Made by a program: the position numbers and the translations under genes. This document shows, one piece after another, positions 56,364-64,000 of a stretch of DNA of 64,000 nt (within the stretch, counting starts at the first letter, position 1; each line of letters begins with the position of its first letter). Location of the stretch: the NCBI GenBank assembly GCA_015061865.1, contig SUVU01000002.1:4243-68242 (forward strand). The letters run 5' to 3'. Source of the DNA: Lentisphaerota bacterium. GTDB lineage: Bacteria; Verrucomicrobiota; Lentisphaeria; Victivallales; Victivallaceae. The notes beneath the pieces are model-generated. The model was not told the DNA's origin and searched no databases. It saw only the letters and a list, made by a program, of their open reading frames with translations.

Positions 56364-57005
56364 TCAATCCTCTTTGTATTTCACTCTGCCGGTCACAAAG
56401 TTGAGAATCAAAGTAACCTTATTGTCCTCATTGGGGAAGTCATATTTTGCCCGCTCGTCATCGGTATTTTCCCCGGAATACGCCGCTTCTGTGAACGAAA
56501 ACTCCAAGTTCCGGTCACCGACCACACCGCCATACGGACTGAATATCACCGCCTTACGGTTTTGGTCATCTCCCAGAGATGTCCAATCCTCATCTTCAGA
56601 AACCGATGAATCCAATTTCAAATCTTTCAAATTGGTAACCAATTGCAAAAATCTCGCTCCGTCTGCGGCATTGCGCCAGGAACTGCCCGGAACCCAACCG
56701 AAAAAATGTCCTTCTTTATCCACAAACGCCAAACGGTAGCCGCCATCACAATACGGCTGCAATCTTTTGTCAGCTTTGCCATAGTACTGCGGAATGACCA
56801 TCGCCACATATTTGCGTGATGAAACCGCTTGCGCCTGCGCCATTTCCAACCCGAGTTTAAAATCCGATGCCGCCTGATCGACTTTACTGCCGAACATCAT
56901 CCGGCTGAATGCCGGTACAAACATGGCGATCAACGCCCCGGCAATTGCCACCACGGCGATCATTTCGATCAGCGTGAACGACTTTTTTATCTTTACAGTT
57001 TTCAT
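56364..57005 (-). CDS. GspH-like minor pseudopilin
   Basis: N-terminus MKTVKIKKSFTLIEMIAVVAIAGALIAM after trimming to the ATG at 57005. The longer ORF would run through the promoter and terminator. Confidence 0.65.
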   Translation of the reverse strand: MKTVKIKKSFTLIEMIAVVAIAGALIAMFVPAFSRMMFGSKVDQAASDFKLGLEMAQAQAVSSRKYVAMVIPQYYGKADKRLQPYCDGGYRLAFVDKEGHFFGWVPGSSWRNAADGARFLQLVTNLKDLKLDSSVSEDEDWTSLGDDQNRKAVIFSPYGGVVGDRNLEFSFTEAAYSGENTDDERAKYDFPNEDNKVTLILNFVTGRVKYKED

Positions 57006-57039
57006 TATGGAATTTCCCCAATATTTCACTATCGGCGAT

Positions 57040-57068
57040 ACTATAAACTGCAACTGCACTTTTTTCAA
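57040..57068 (-). promoter_or_regulatory. Sigma70-like promoter of the pseudopilin operon: TTGAAA, 17-nt spacer, TATAGT
   Basis: On the minus strand, the -35 is at 57068-57063 and the -10 at 57045-57040, directly downstream of a terminator. Confidence 0.5.
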
Positions 57069-57100
57069 TCCGATTATTGATTTTTTCGCAAAAAAAACAC

Positions 57101-57130
57101 AAAAAAAGCGTATCCGTTGTCCGGATACGC
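57101..57130 (-). terminator. Rho-independent terminator
   Basis: The minus strand reads GCGTATCCG-GACAA-CGGATACGC followed by TTTTTTT. Confidence 0.85.
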
Positions 57131-57145
57131 CATTTTTCACCGTTT

Positions 57146-58339
57146 TCACTTGTCCCAACTGGTATTGCCGAGAACACCTTCATTGAAAAACACCGCCTTG
57201 CAGCCCATTTCTTTCAGACATTCTGCGGCACACTCCAAACGCTGCAGGTGATCCGGCAGGTAATTGGGGTAATACGGGAACGTATACTGCTCATGGCTGG
57301 CGGCATTAAATACCTCAAAACCGCTTTTTTCGGCTCTGGCGGCAACTGCCTCATAACGTTTCGGAATCTCATCCAGCGGCACCAGATTGCAGCAGACACT
57401 GTTTTGTCCAAAAAAGAACAGATCAATCAAAGGATCATAATACACCGATGATTGGGCGAGATAATTCCGGGGTTCGTAAAAACCGTAATGCAGATTCAAC
57501 CCTTCCGTTTCCGGATTGCGGTCGACTCCGGAAGCAGAACGCTTTTCAATTGCCGCCATATTGCCGCCTTTCTGACGGTCGGCAAGACTCGGTCCGCCCA
57601 TCACCCGGGGATGCAGGTTATTGCTATACGCTCTGGTGCCGCGCCGGATCATCTCCTGCGCCACGGCCGGATGGATATTAGCCCAGTGAATAACTATCGG
57701 CGGCACGAAACTCCCCTCCCCGGCGAAACGGATGATCTCATTCTGCACCATATCCCAATCTTTGCCGAACTCCTCTGCAGATGCTTCGCAGTAGGGACGG
57801 TCGGGAAACTCACTGTACGCATGAAACGAAAACTTCAGCCAATCGGCATTATCCTGAAATTCACTTTTCCAGGTATCAGGCATGTCTTTCAGCAGAAATT
57901 CATGATGCGCATTGTGATAAAAGGTATTAAGGGTGAATTTCGTTCCAAATTTGCGGTGGATATTTCTCAAGCCGCCCAGATAAAAGTGGTCAAACGCACT
58001 GGCAGGACGCTCTTTTGCCAGATCGGTAAAAGTAAAAATATGATCGTCGATATAAAAATCATTGCGCCGGAACGATTTTTTATCCCAAACCAGTTTCAAC
58101 TCCTGGCTGTAATTGCCATACGGCGTAACCGCAGTTGCCGTAACGGTATTGATTTTTTCAGTCAAAGCGATTTGAGCAGAAAAATTCCGTCCGCACATTT
58201 CCGCCGTTATTCCGTTTATTTTCACCGGACAACCCAATTCAGAAATACCGCTGATTTCAACGGTCAATGCTGATTCGGTTTCAGTACCGTGATTATGGTT
58301 AAGCACCGCTCCCTGCCGATGACTGGTGATTTCCAACAT
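57146..58339 (-). CDS. Hypothetical cytoplasmic protein (N-terminal beta-sandwich-like region plus a carbohydrate-enzyme-like C-terminal domain)
   Basis: A long ORF bounded by terminators on both sides. No signal peptide and no recognised catalytic motif. Confidence 0.5.
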   Translation of the reverse strand: MLEITSHRQGAVLNHNHGTETESALTVEISGISELGCPVKINGITAEMCGRNFSAQIALTEKINTVTATAVTPYGNYSQELKLVWDKKSFRRNDFYIDDHIFTFTDLAKERPASAFDHFYLGGLRNIHRKFGTKFTLNTFYHNAHHEFLLKDMPDTWKSEFQDNADWLKFSFHAYSEFPDRPYCEASAEEFGKDWDMVQNEIIRFAGEGSFVPPIVIHWANIHPAVAQEMIRRGTRAYSNNLHPRVMGGPSLADRQKGGNMAAIEKRSASGVDRNPETEGLNLHYGFYEPRNYLAQSSVYYDPLIDLFFFGQNSVCCNLVPLDEIPKRYEAVAARAEKSGFEVFNAASHEQYTFPYYPNYLPDHLQRLECAAECLKEMGCKAVFFNEGVLGNTSWDK

Positions 58340-58371
58340 ATTGCGCCCTTTCGCTTTATTTCAGATATTAA

Positions 58372-58396
58372 CAAAAACTCCCGTCAGCGACGGGAG
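58372..58396 (-). terminator. Rho-independent terminator
   Basis: The minus strand reads CTCCCGTC-GCT-GACGGGAG followed by TTTTTG. Confidence 0.8.
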
Positions 58397-58404
58397 AAAT
58401 ACTT

Positions 58405-60462
58405 TTACGGATTCATCAGTTTAACAAACGTCTGCCACATGCCGGCCGTTTTCACATCCTGTGCCGCCGGAATTTTGCGGCGGTAAATATTGAAGTAAAA
58501 CGCACCATTTTGTCCAATTTTACTCAAGATACGTTCCTGCTGTTTTTTTTCCAGTTCATCAAAGGTAAATATGATTCCGTCCAGACTTCTGACATCACCT
58601 TTGTCAGTGAAACCGGCAACAACGTGACGCCCGTTTTTATTGAATGATATATTTTTATCGGCATTGATTTTTTTGATCGCATCCATTTTCTGACGGATTT
58701 CTTTAACTTTTGCCGGAAATTCCTTCAAAACGTCGCTGAACTGCTTTTTCAACAACTGCTCTTCCGGGGTATCTGCGGACAAAGACTCTCTGACGTACTC
58801 CGCCTCACTCAAAGCTCTATCCAAGACACTTCGTTCCGCACCATGAACGACCTGTATGAATGCCTCCATACATTTGCGCAAACTACCTGCCACCCGGCTT
58901 TGATTATCTGCCAAATGTTTTATTTTGCGGGCGGCCTCCTCCTGCCGGACCCGTTCCAAATCACGTTTGCGTGTTTGCTCCAGCTCCAGTGCAAGCCGTT
59001 TGCGCTCCGCATCTTCTGCACGGCGCTGATTCCGCAAGCGGATAAAATCACTTCTCAAATTTTTTCTCGCAACGGCACACCGTGCCTCATCAGCTTTGGC
59101 AAAAGCACCGATGTTTTCAGACAGTAAAGCGGCATCTTCGGCATTACCCGGCGCGCTCAAAAAAAGCCACTGCCGGTCAACCGCTTCCACTCCGGAGAAA
59201 TTGGTCAACACTCCGGCAACCGCTTGTTCATAGGGACTTTTTTCTTTTTGCGCCACGACCGTTTCTTCCACGATTTCCGGTTCGGGTCTTTCGATCAAAC
59301 TGCCAAAAACCGCTTTGCCCACCGGCTGCAGCATCTCCGGCAAATTACCATATCTGCCCCACAGGAACAACGCTACCGCGGCAACAGCACCAACGGCGAC
59401 GATACCACCGGCAGCAAACGCTGAAACTTTTGATATTTTTTTCCACGGCCAAGCTGCCAATTTTTTGCATACCAGTTTTTTCCAATCTTTTTTGCCGGGA
59501 CGATAGGTCTGCAAAAACGCTTCCAGATCCTGAATCAACTCTTCCGCAGTCTGGTAACGCTCCTCAATATTGCGGGCCATCATTTTTATAATGATCCGGT
59601 TCAACTCATCCGGCACTTCCGGATTCACCGACTGCGGCGGTTCCAGATTGCCGGCATCATGCATTCGCGCCAGCTCCTCGATCGTCGGAGCGATATACGG
59701 AAAACGTCCGGTCACAAACTGAAAAAACGTTGCTCCCAAACTGTAAATATCACTGCGAATATCAGTAGGCACACCGGTCAGCTGTTCCGGACTGATATAC
59801 TGCGGAGTGCCGAAAACTTCATCTTCACCGGCATCGATCGCATCAACAGAACTGGTTTTGGCAAGACCGAGATCAGCCAACTTTGCCAGATCACGGCTTT
59901 CGTCCATCATGATATTGTCCGGCTTAATATCCTGATGCACCAGTTTCTGCTCCCGCCACGCCACCGCCAGTCCGTGGGCAATATCGCAAATGACTTTGGC
60001 AGATTTTTCAAACGGCAGGATTCCCTCTTTGGCAATGATGGACTTCATGGTTTTGCCGCGCACCAGCTCCATGGCAAAATAGAAAACTCCGTCGTCGTCA
60101 CCGACAGCATACGCCTGAACGATATTGGGGTGGTTGACTTTGGCAGCGGCACGGGCTTCCCGGAACAATCCGGCGACATAGTCCCGATCCTGAGTATACT
60201 CCCCCTGCAGCACTTTCAGCGCCACCGGGCGGTCAAGCGACAACTGTCTGGCCTCGAAAACCAGCCCCATGCCGCCACTGCTGATGACTTTTTCAATCAA
60301 AAAATCTCCGATCACCACTCCGGGGCCGGGGCATTCTGCCGGGCGGAGCGCCTCCGTGCCGCAATCGGGGCATTTCACATCCGAAGCATCATCTTTTTTC
60401 ACCGGGAAAGGTTTCCCGCACTGTTGGCAAAATAACTTAATCACTTGTCCTGTTTCCATCAA
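58405..60462 (-). CDS. Hanks-type Ser/Thr protein kinase with an N-terminal zinc ribbon, one TM helix and an extracytoplasmic coiled-coil domain
   Basis: Zinc ribbon CQQCG...CPDCG. Kinase motifs VALKVL, HQDIKPDNIMM, DLGLAK and GTPQYISPE. TM segment AAGGIVAVGAVAAVALFLWG. Confidence 0.9.
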   Translation of the reverse strand: MMETGQVIKLFCQQCGKPFPVKKDDASDVKCPDCGTEALRPAECPGPGVVIGDFLIEKVISSGGMGLVFEARQLSLDRPVALKVLQGEYTQDRDYVAGLFREARAAAKVNHPNIVQAYAVGDDDGVFYFAMELVRGKTMKSIIAKEGILPFEKSAKVICDIAHGLAVAWREQKLVHQDIKPDNIMMDESRDLAKLADLGLAKTSSVDAIDAGEDEVFGTPQYISPEQLTGVPTDIRSDIYSLGATFFQFVTGRFPYIAPTIEELARMHDAGNLEPPQSVNPEVPDELNRIIIKMMARNIEERYQTAEELIQDLEAFLQTYRPGKKDWKKLVCKKLAAWPWKKISKVSAFAAGGIVAVGAVAAVALFLWGRYGNLPEMLQPVGKAVFGSLIERPEPEIVEETVVAQKEKSPYEQAVAGVLTNFSGVEAVDRQWLFLSAPGNAEDAALLSENIGAFAKADEARCAVARKNLRSDFIRLRNQRRAEDAERKRLALELEQTRKRDLERVRQEEAARKIKHLADNQSRVAGSLRKCMEAFIQVVHGAERSVLDRALSEAEYVRESLSADTPEEQLLKKQFSDVLKEFPAKVKEIRQKMDAIKKINADKNISFNKNGRHVVAGFTDKGDVRSLDGIIFTFDELEKKQQERILSKIGQNGAFYFNIYRRKIPAAQDVKTAGMWQTFVKLMNP

Positions 60463-61409
60463 AAATAATATTCTACCACTGCGTTTTTACGCAAGTATTT
60501 AAAATACTCCTGCAAAATGCCTTCCCGCCGCTTCTTTTCCAGCTCCTGCGTTATTTGCGCCTCAACCGCCTTGAATTCGATCGCCACAGCTTTCTGATAC
60601 GAAACGACCTTCAACCACACCGTCGCCCCATCGACCTGCAAAGGGCCGGCCACGGCACCGGTCACGGCATTTTTCAATGCCGCGGCAAACTCCGGACGCA
60701 ACAACCGGCACTCGATCTCACCGAGATTTCCGGTTCCGGCTCCGGGGGTATATTTCTTTATCAACGCTGAAAAATCGACATCCTGACGCTTCAATGCGGC
60801 GGAAATTTCGGCAACATCTTTTGACAATTCCGGTCGGGACGGTTCCAATTTCAACATTTCCAGCCCGATTTTCGCCTCTTTAACAAACTCTTTTTTATGG
60901 TCAAGGAAATACTTATAAACTTCTCCGGGGGTGATTTTTCCGGCAATCATAATTTGGCGCTGGATCATAGTCTGCGCCATCATATTTTTTTCCAGATCCA
61001 GCCGGACGGTTTCCAAAGTCATCCCGTCTTTACGCAATTTCTCCAGAAACTCCTCCCGGGAACGGCACCCCATGTTTTCGGCGATCCGGTCAATTTCACG
61101 CTCAATATCGCTGTTGGCGATCCTGAATGTCTGGTTGGCATACTCTTTCTGCAGCAATTTGCTGTCAATCAACCGGTCAACAGTATTTTTGCGCAGAGTA
61201 CGGATCTCCTGTTCCAGCAATTTTCCGGAATAAATCGCCCGCAATTGATTTTCACGCGGCATGGTCAAAGGCAGCACATCCATCAAGGTGATCGCTTCGC
61301 CGTTGACCGAAGCCAGAATAGAGTTGACCTCCTGCGCCGGAGATGCATCAACAAACGGCACAGCAACAGTAAAAATCAGAAAAACCGGTAAAAAAATTAT
61401 TTTTTTCAA
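60459..61409 (-). CDS. SurA/PrsA-like periplasmic chaperone with a parvulin-type PPIase domain
   Basis: It has a signal peptide, a SurA N-domain-like ASVNGEAITLMDV and a C-terminal parvulin-like segment. An ATGA overlap couples it to the kinase start. Confidence 0.65.
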   Translation of the reverse strand: MKKIIFLPVFLIFTVAVPFVDASPAQEVNSILASVNGEAITLMDVLPLTMPRENQLRAIYSGKLLEQEIRTLRKNTVDRLIDSKLLQKEYANQTFRIANSDIEREIDRIAENMGCRSREEFLEKLRKDGMTLETVRLDLEKNMMAQTMIQRQIMIAGKITPGEVYKYFLDHKKEFVKEAKIGLEMLKLEPSRPELSKDVAEISAALKRQDVDFSALIKKYTPGAGTGNLGEIECRLLRPEFAAALKNAVTGAVAGPLQVDGATVWLKVVSYQKAVAIEFKAVEAQITQELEKKRREGILQEYFKYLRKNAVVEYYF

Positions 61410-61458
61410 CGCTTCAACCTCATGCCAACGAATATGTTATTTGATTTAATATAACCTG

Positions 61459-62052
61459 TCAATGCCAGTTATTCAAATCAACTGCGCCCTGCCGCAATAT
61501 TTTCGGAACACTGCCAGTGGCATCGACCACCGTAGAGCCGCAAGCACCGGGTGGCAGCGCACCGCCATCCACGGCACAATCGACCTCCCCGGACAGCTGA
61601 CTCAACGCCTCCCCGCAACTGCCGGCGTCCGCCATACCGGAACAATTAGCACTGGTTTGCAGCAGCGGCATATCCATCAGACGGAGCAATTCGGCAAGCA
61701 GCGGATGATCCGGGATACGGAATCCCTGAGTCGCCCCATCGCCGCGACGGGCAATGATCGTTAAAGCTCCGGGGGTATAACGCTGAATCAACTTTTCCGG
61801 CAGCCCGGTCAGGATAACACCGTGTGCCTCAAGCATCCCGGCATTTCCGGCGAACCAGCCGATGCGCTTATCTGCCGGACGATTTTTCAGTAAAAAAATC
61901 TTTTGAAATGCCGCTTCATCACCGACTTTGGCAATTAAGCCATAAACTGTTTCCGTCGGCACTACCGCCACCGCACCCGGCTGGCGCAATCCCGCCGCAA
62001 CTTCAGCTGCGGCGTTCTCAATGCCAACTTCAGCTAAAGAGATCAGTTTCAC
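61459..62052 (-). CDS. tsaC: L-threonylcarbamoyladenylate synthase (YrdC/Sua5 family)
   Basis: Motifs VVPTETVYGLIA and LLQTSANCSG. I chose the GTG start at 62052, which overlaps the upstream stop. Confidence 0.75.
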   Translation of the reverse strand: MKLISLAEVGIENAAAEVAAGLRQPGAVAVVPTETVYGLIAKVGDEAAFQKIFLLKNRPADKRIGWFAGNAGMLEAHGVILTGLPEKLIQRYTPGALTIIARRGDGATQGFRIPDHPLLAELLRLMDMPLLQTSANCSGMADAGSCGEALSQLSGEVDCAVDGGALPPGACGSTVVDATGSVPKILRQGAVDLNNWH

Positions 62053-63599
62053 GCTCCGATCTCTCCGGATTCCTCTTTCTCGTCCGCCCAACGCTCACCG
62101 GCATAACAGCAAACCGCTGTCAGCAGCGCAGAAACGAATCCGTAAACCGCACCACAGGTAATGACCCGATCAAAATGATCACTGCCAAGCAGTTCCACCA
62201 GTCCCATTCCGGTACCGCAACTGAAAATGTATGTATAACCGATCCACACCACCGTACCGACGATCATCGTTGCCCAAGCGGTATTGCGACCGGCTTTCGG
62301 CACATACAACGCCATCATCACCGGAATAAACACGATCACCAGCTGCGAAATCCAACTGTTGATCATCAAGTTGTAAATGCTTTTCACCCACAATGCCAAA
62401 ACCAGAGCGATCACTGTCAACAGCACCGTGGTAACACGGGTGCAAATCAACATTTTCTGAGCGCGCAATTTCGGGAACAGCGGCACCATCACGTTATTGC
62501 AGAGCAGCGATGCACCGGCGAGCAGAGAACTGTCTGCCGAACTCATTATCGCAGCAGTCAATGCCGCAATAAAAATCGTCAGCAGCAGCGGATAACTCTC
62601 GCCCAACACGATTATTGCGATCCGGGGCAGCACCTGATTTTCCAAATTATCTCCCATAACGTCAGAAGTAATACCGTATTTCGGCAATATGATCCGGGCA
62701 GCGATACCGACAATGATCGGAATCAAGCCGATCACCATGTAGAAAAATCCGGACATCACACTGCTGGCAACTGCAATATTGGCATTTTTACTGGAAAGAG
62801 AACGCTGGATCAAATCCTGACCGACCATACAGCCCAATCCCATCACGATCCAGCTGCCGATATAATAGACGTAGTCATTGAACCCGCTTGCACCGAGCGG
62901 CAACAGAGTGTCTTCGGGGCGCAAGGATGAAAACAACGCCTCACTGCCGCCGGCAATATTGATCGTACCGGGGAGCAAAAAGATCAATCCGACAATCATA
63001 ATCCCGACCTGCACCACGTCAGTAAGCGTCACCGCCCACATGCCGCCGGCACAGGTGTAGATCAAAACCACAACGGAACCGATCAAAGTTCCCATCGGCA
63101 CTGAAATACCGGTCAGCAAATTAAGGATCGTCCCAAGCCCGAGCAACTGGGCGCCGAGCCATCCGACATAAACCGGCACCATCCAGAGTGAAGCATAAAT
63201 TCCGGCACCTTTGCCATACTGACGCTCAATGATATCGGTGACGGTCATACAACCTTTTTTGCGCAGCATACCGACAATAAAAATACCGGCAAGGATCAAA
63301 CTGAGAGAAGCGCCGAAAGGGTCAGCCAGTACTCCGTTGATCCCATCATCATAAACGGTAGCTGCCACACCCATACTGGAACCTGCGCCGAACCAGGTCG
63401 CCAGCAAAGTAGCAGTTGCCATCCACAATGGCAAACGCCTGCCTGCGACTAAAAAGTCACTCATCTCGGTAACTTTTCTACTGGACAGCCAGCCGATAGT
63501 CAGCATGCCGATCATATAGACCGCTATTCCGATCCACAACAATTTCAACGTTCCGGAAGGCAGCAGGCTTCCAGCGGCAGCAGCGAGACAAAAATCCAT
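62049..63599 (-). CDS. Sodium:solute symporter family (SSF/SLC5) transporter
   Basis: About 13 TM helices. The motif AGGMWAVTLTDVVQ is typical of SSF. Confidence 0.8.
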   Translation of the reverse strand: MDFCLAAAAGSLLPSGTLKLLWIGIAVYMIGMLTIGWLSSRKVTEMSDFLVAGRRLPLWMATATLLATWFGAGSSMGVAATVYDDGINGVLADPFGASLSLILAGIFIVGMLRKKGCMTVTDIIERQYGKGAGIYASLWMVPVYVGWLGAQLLGLGTILNLLTGISVPMGTLIGSVVVLIYTCAGGMWAVTLTDVVQVGIMIVGLIFLLPGTINIAGGSEALFSSLRPEDTLLPLGASGFNDYVYYIGSWIVMGLGCMVGQDLIQRSLSSKNANIAVASSVMSGFFYMVIGLIPIIVGIAARIILPKYGITSDVMGDNLENQVLPRIAIIVLGESYPLLLTIFIAALTAAIMSSADSSLLAGASLLCNNVMVPLFPKLRAQKMLICTRVTTVLLTVIALVLALWVKSIYNLMINSWISQLVIVFIPVMMALYVPKAGRNTAWATMIVGTVVWIGYTYIFSCGTGMGLVELLGSDHFDRVITCGAVYGFVSALLTAVCCYAGERWADEKEESGEIGA

Positions 63600-63691
63600 T
63601 ACGCAATACCTTTCACAAATATTGTTGTCTCTTAATAAATCCGGCAGACCATTCTGCCACTCAAATTATCATCCCCGAAAAGACGCTGTAA

Positions 63692-63719
63692 AATATAGTC
63701 CCCCCAAGCGGAATTGCAA
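63692..63719 (-). promoter_or_regulatory. Sigma70-like promoter: TTGCAA, 16-nt spacer, TATATT
   Basis: It lies on the minus strand upstream of the symporter gene and leaves a leader of about 90 nt. Confidence 0.4.
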
Positions 63720-63791
63720 CTTGCAGAATCAAAAAAAAGCCATTTTTTTCAAAAAAAAACTTATTTCCGGCAAAAAATGGAGCTTTTTACA

Positions 63792-64000
63792 TCACCAACT
63801 GATGTTTATGATCGGAAAATGTTTCAAAAAACCATTGGGGTTGGTGTTCCACAATCCAAACTGTACCCCTTTGCCTTCAGAATAATTCACCAGGCCTGCC
63901 TGCACACCGAAACCATCCTCTTTTTTCTGCGGTTTCATACCATATTCGATCAGGGCATCGGGGTGACTTTTGTTGAGCAGACCGATCTGCACCCCGTTAT
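63792..64000 (-). CDS. Hypothetical repeat protein, 3' end only. The 5' end lies outside the window.
   Basis: The reading frame stays open to the window edge (...NGVQIGLLN...). The motif G-x-Q-x-GL-x-N recurs three times (VQIGLLN, VQAGLVN, VQFGLWN). Confidence 0.5.
   Translation of the reverse strand, partial: NGVQIGLLNKSHPDALIEYGMKPQKKEDGFGVQAGLVNYSEGKGVQFGLWNTNPNGFLKHFPIINISW

Noticed and set aside
57006-57158. N-terminal 51 codons of the 264-aa ORF containing the GspH-like protein
   Set aside because: The extension reads through a strong terminator and the predicted promoter, and overlaps the upstream gene. MKTVKIKKSFTLIEM is a typical prepilin-type N-terminus.
61824-62930. 368-aa plus-strand ORF rich in His/Arg/Gln
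   Set aside because: It is antisense to the sodium:solute symporter and tsaC, and its composition is typical of a shadow frame.
1-64000. Search for CRISPR arrays, tRNA/rRNA genes, transposases, integrases, prophage or toxin-antitoxin modules
   Set aside because: I saw no regularly spaced direct repeats and no cloverleaf-like sequences in the short intergenic gaps. No ORF showed DDE, tyrosine-recombinase or serine-recombinase motifs. The only repeat found is the intragenic LysM duplication.

Overview
The window is a gene-dense (about 90% coding) stretch of bacterial chromosome with no rRNA, tRNA, CRISPR array, transposase or integrase that I could recognise. I call about 62 protein genes. Most are housekeeping: alaS, der, pyrF, lon, tmk, holB, frr, gpsA, nth, corA, mcsAB, coaE, rho, psd, nagA, tsaC and others. 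I also found rpsU, which is absent from the ORF track because it is only 55 aa.

The gene content suggests an anaerobic, sugar-degrading member of the PVC superphylum (Lentisphaerae, Kiritimatiellae or Verrucomicrobia-like). This rests on an H-X9-DG protein, prepilin-like FTLIE/FTLVE leaders, rubrerythrin and many carbohydrate genes. It is an inference, not a demonstrated assignment.

The best candidates for an undescribed system are these:
- **Pseudopilin operon (minus strand, about 57.07 to 49.4 kb).** It has its own promoter and follows a strong terminator. It encodes three minor-pseudopilin-like proteins in GspH/I/J order, then a 1168-aa GspK-like protein. A TibC/Aah-type (BAHT family) O-heptosyltransferase homologue follows after a 20-nt gap. 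That enzyme family normally pairs with autotransporter adhesins, not pseudopilins.
- **Tandem secretin locus (25.7 to 29.3 kb).** Two divergent secretin paralogs sit in tandem, translationally coupled to a small secreted protein and preceded by a GT39/ArnT-like membrane glycosyltransferase.

Other notable points:
- A Rho factor with a roughly 155-aa N-terminal extension carrying an AT-hook-like RGRP motif and an Asn/Arg-rich tract.
- An H-X9-DG protein whose prepilin leader has been replaced by a lipobox.
- Three enzymes each present as a shortened or single-domain form: an AICARFT-only PurH, a standalone CoaB and an AlaRS lacking C-Ala.
- An MtlD-like plus PHP phosphatase gene pair.
- A near-consensus promoter followed by a strong SD and an ATG-AGC-TGA mini-ORF.

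Many long ORFs in the track are antisense shadows of the real genes and were rejected.
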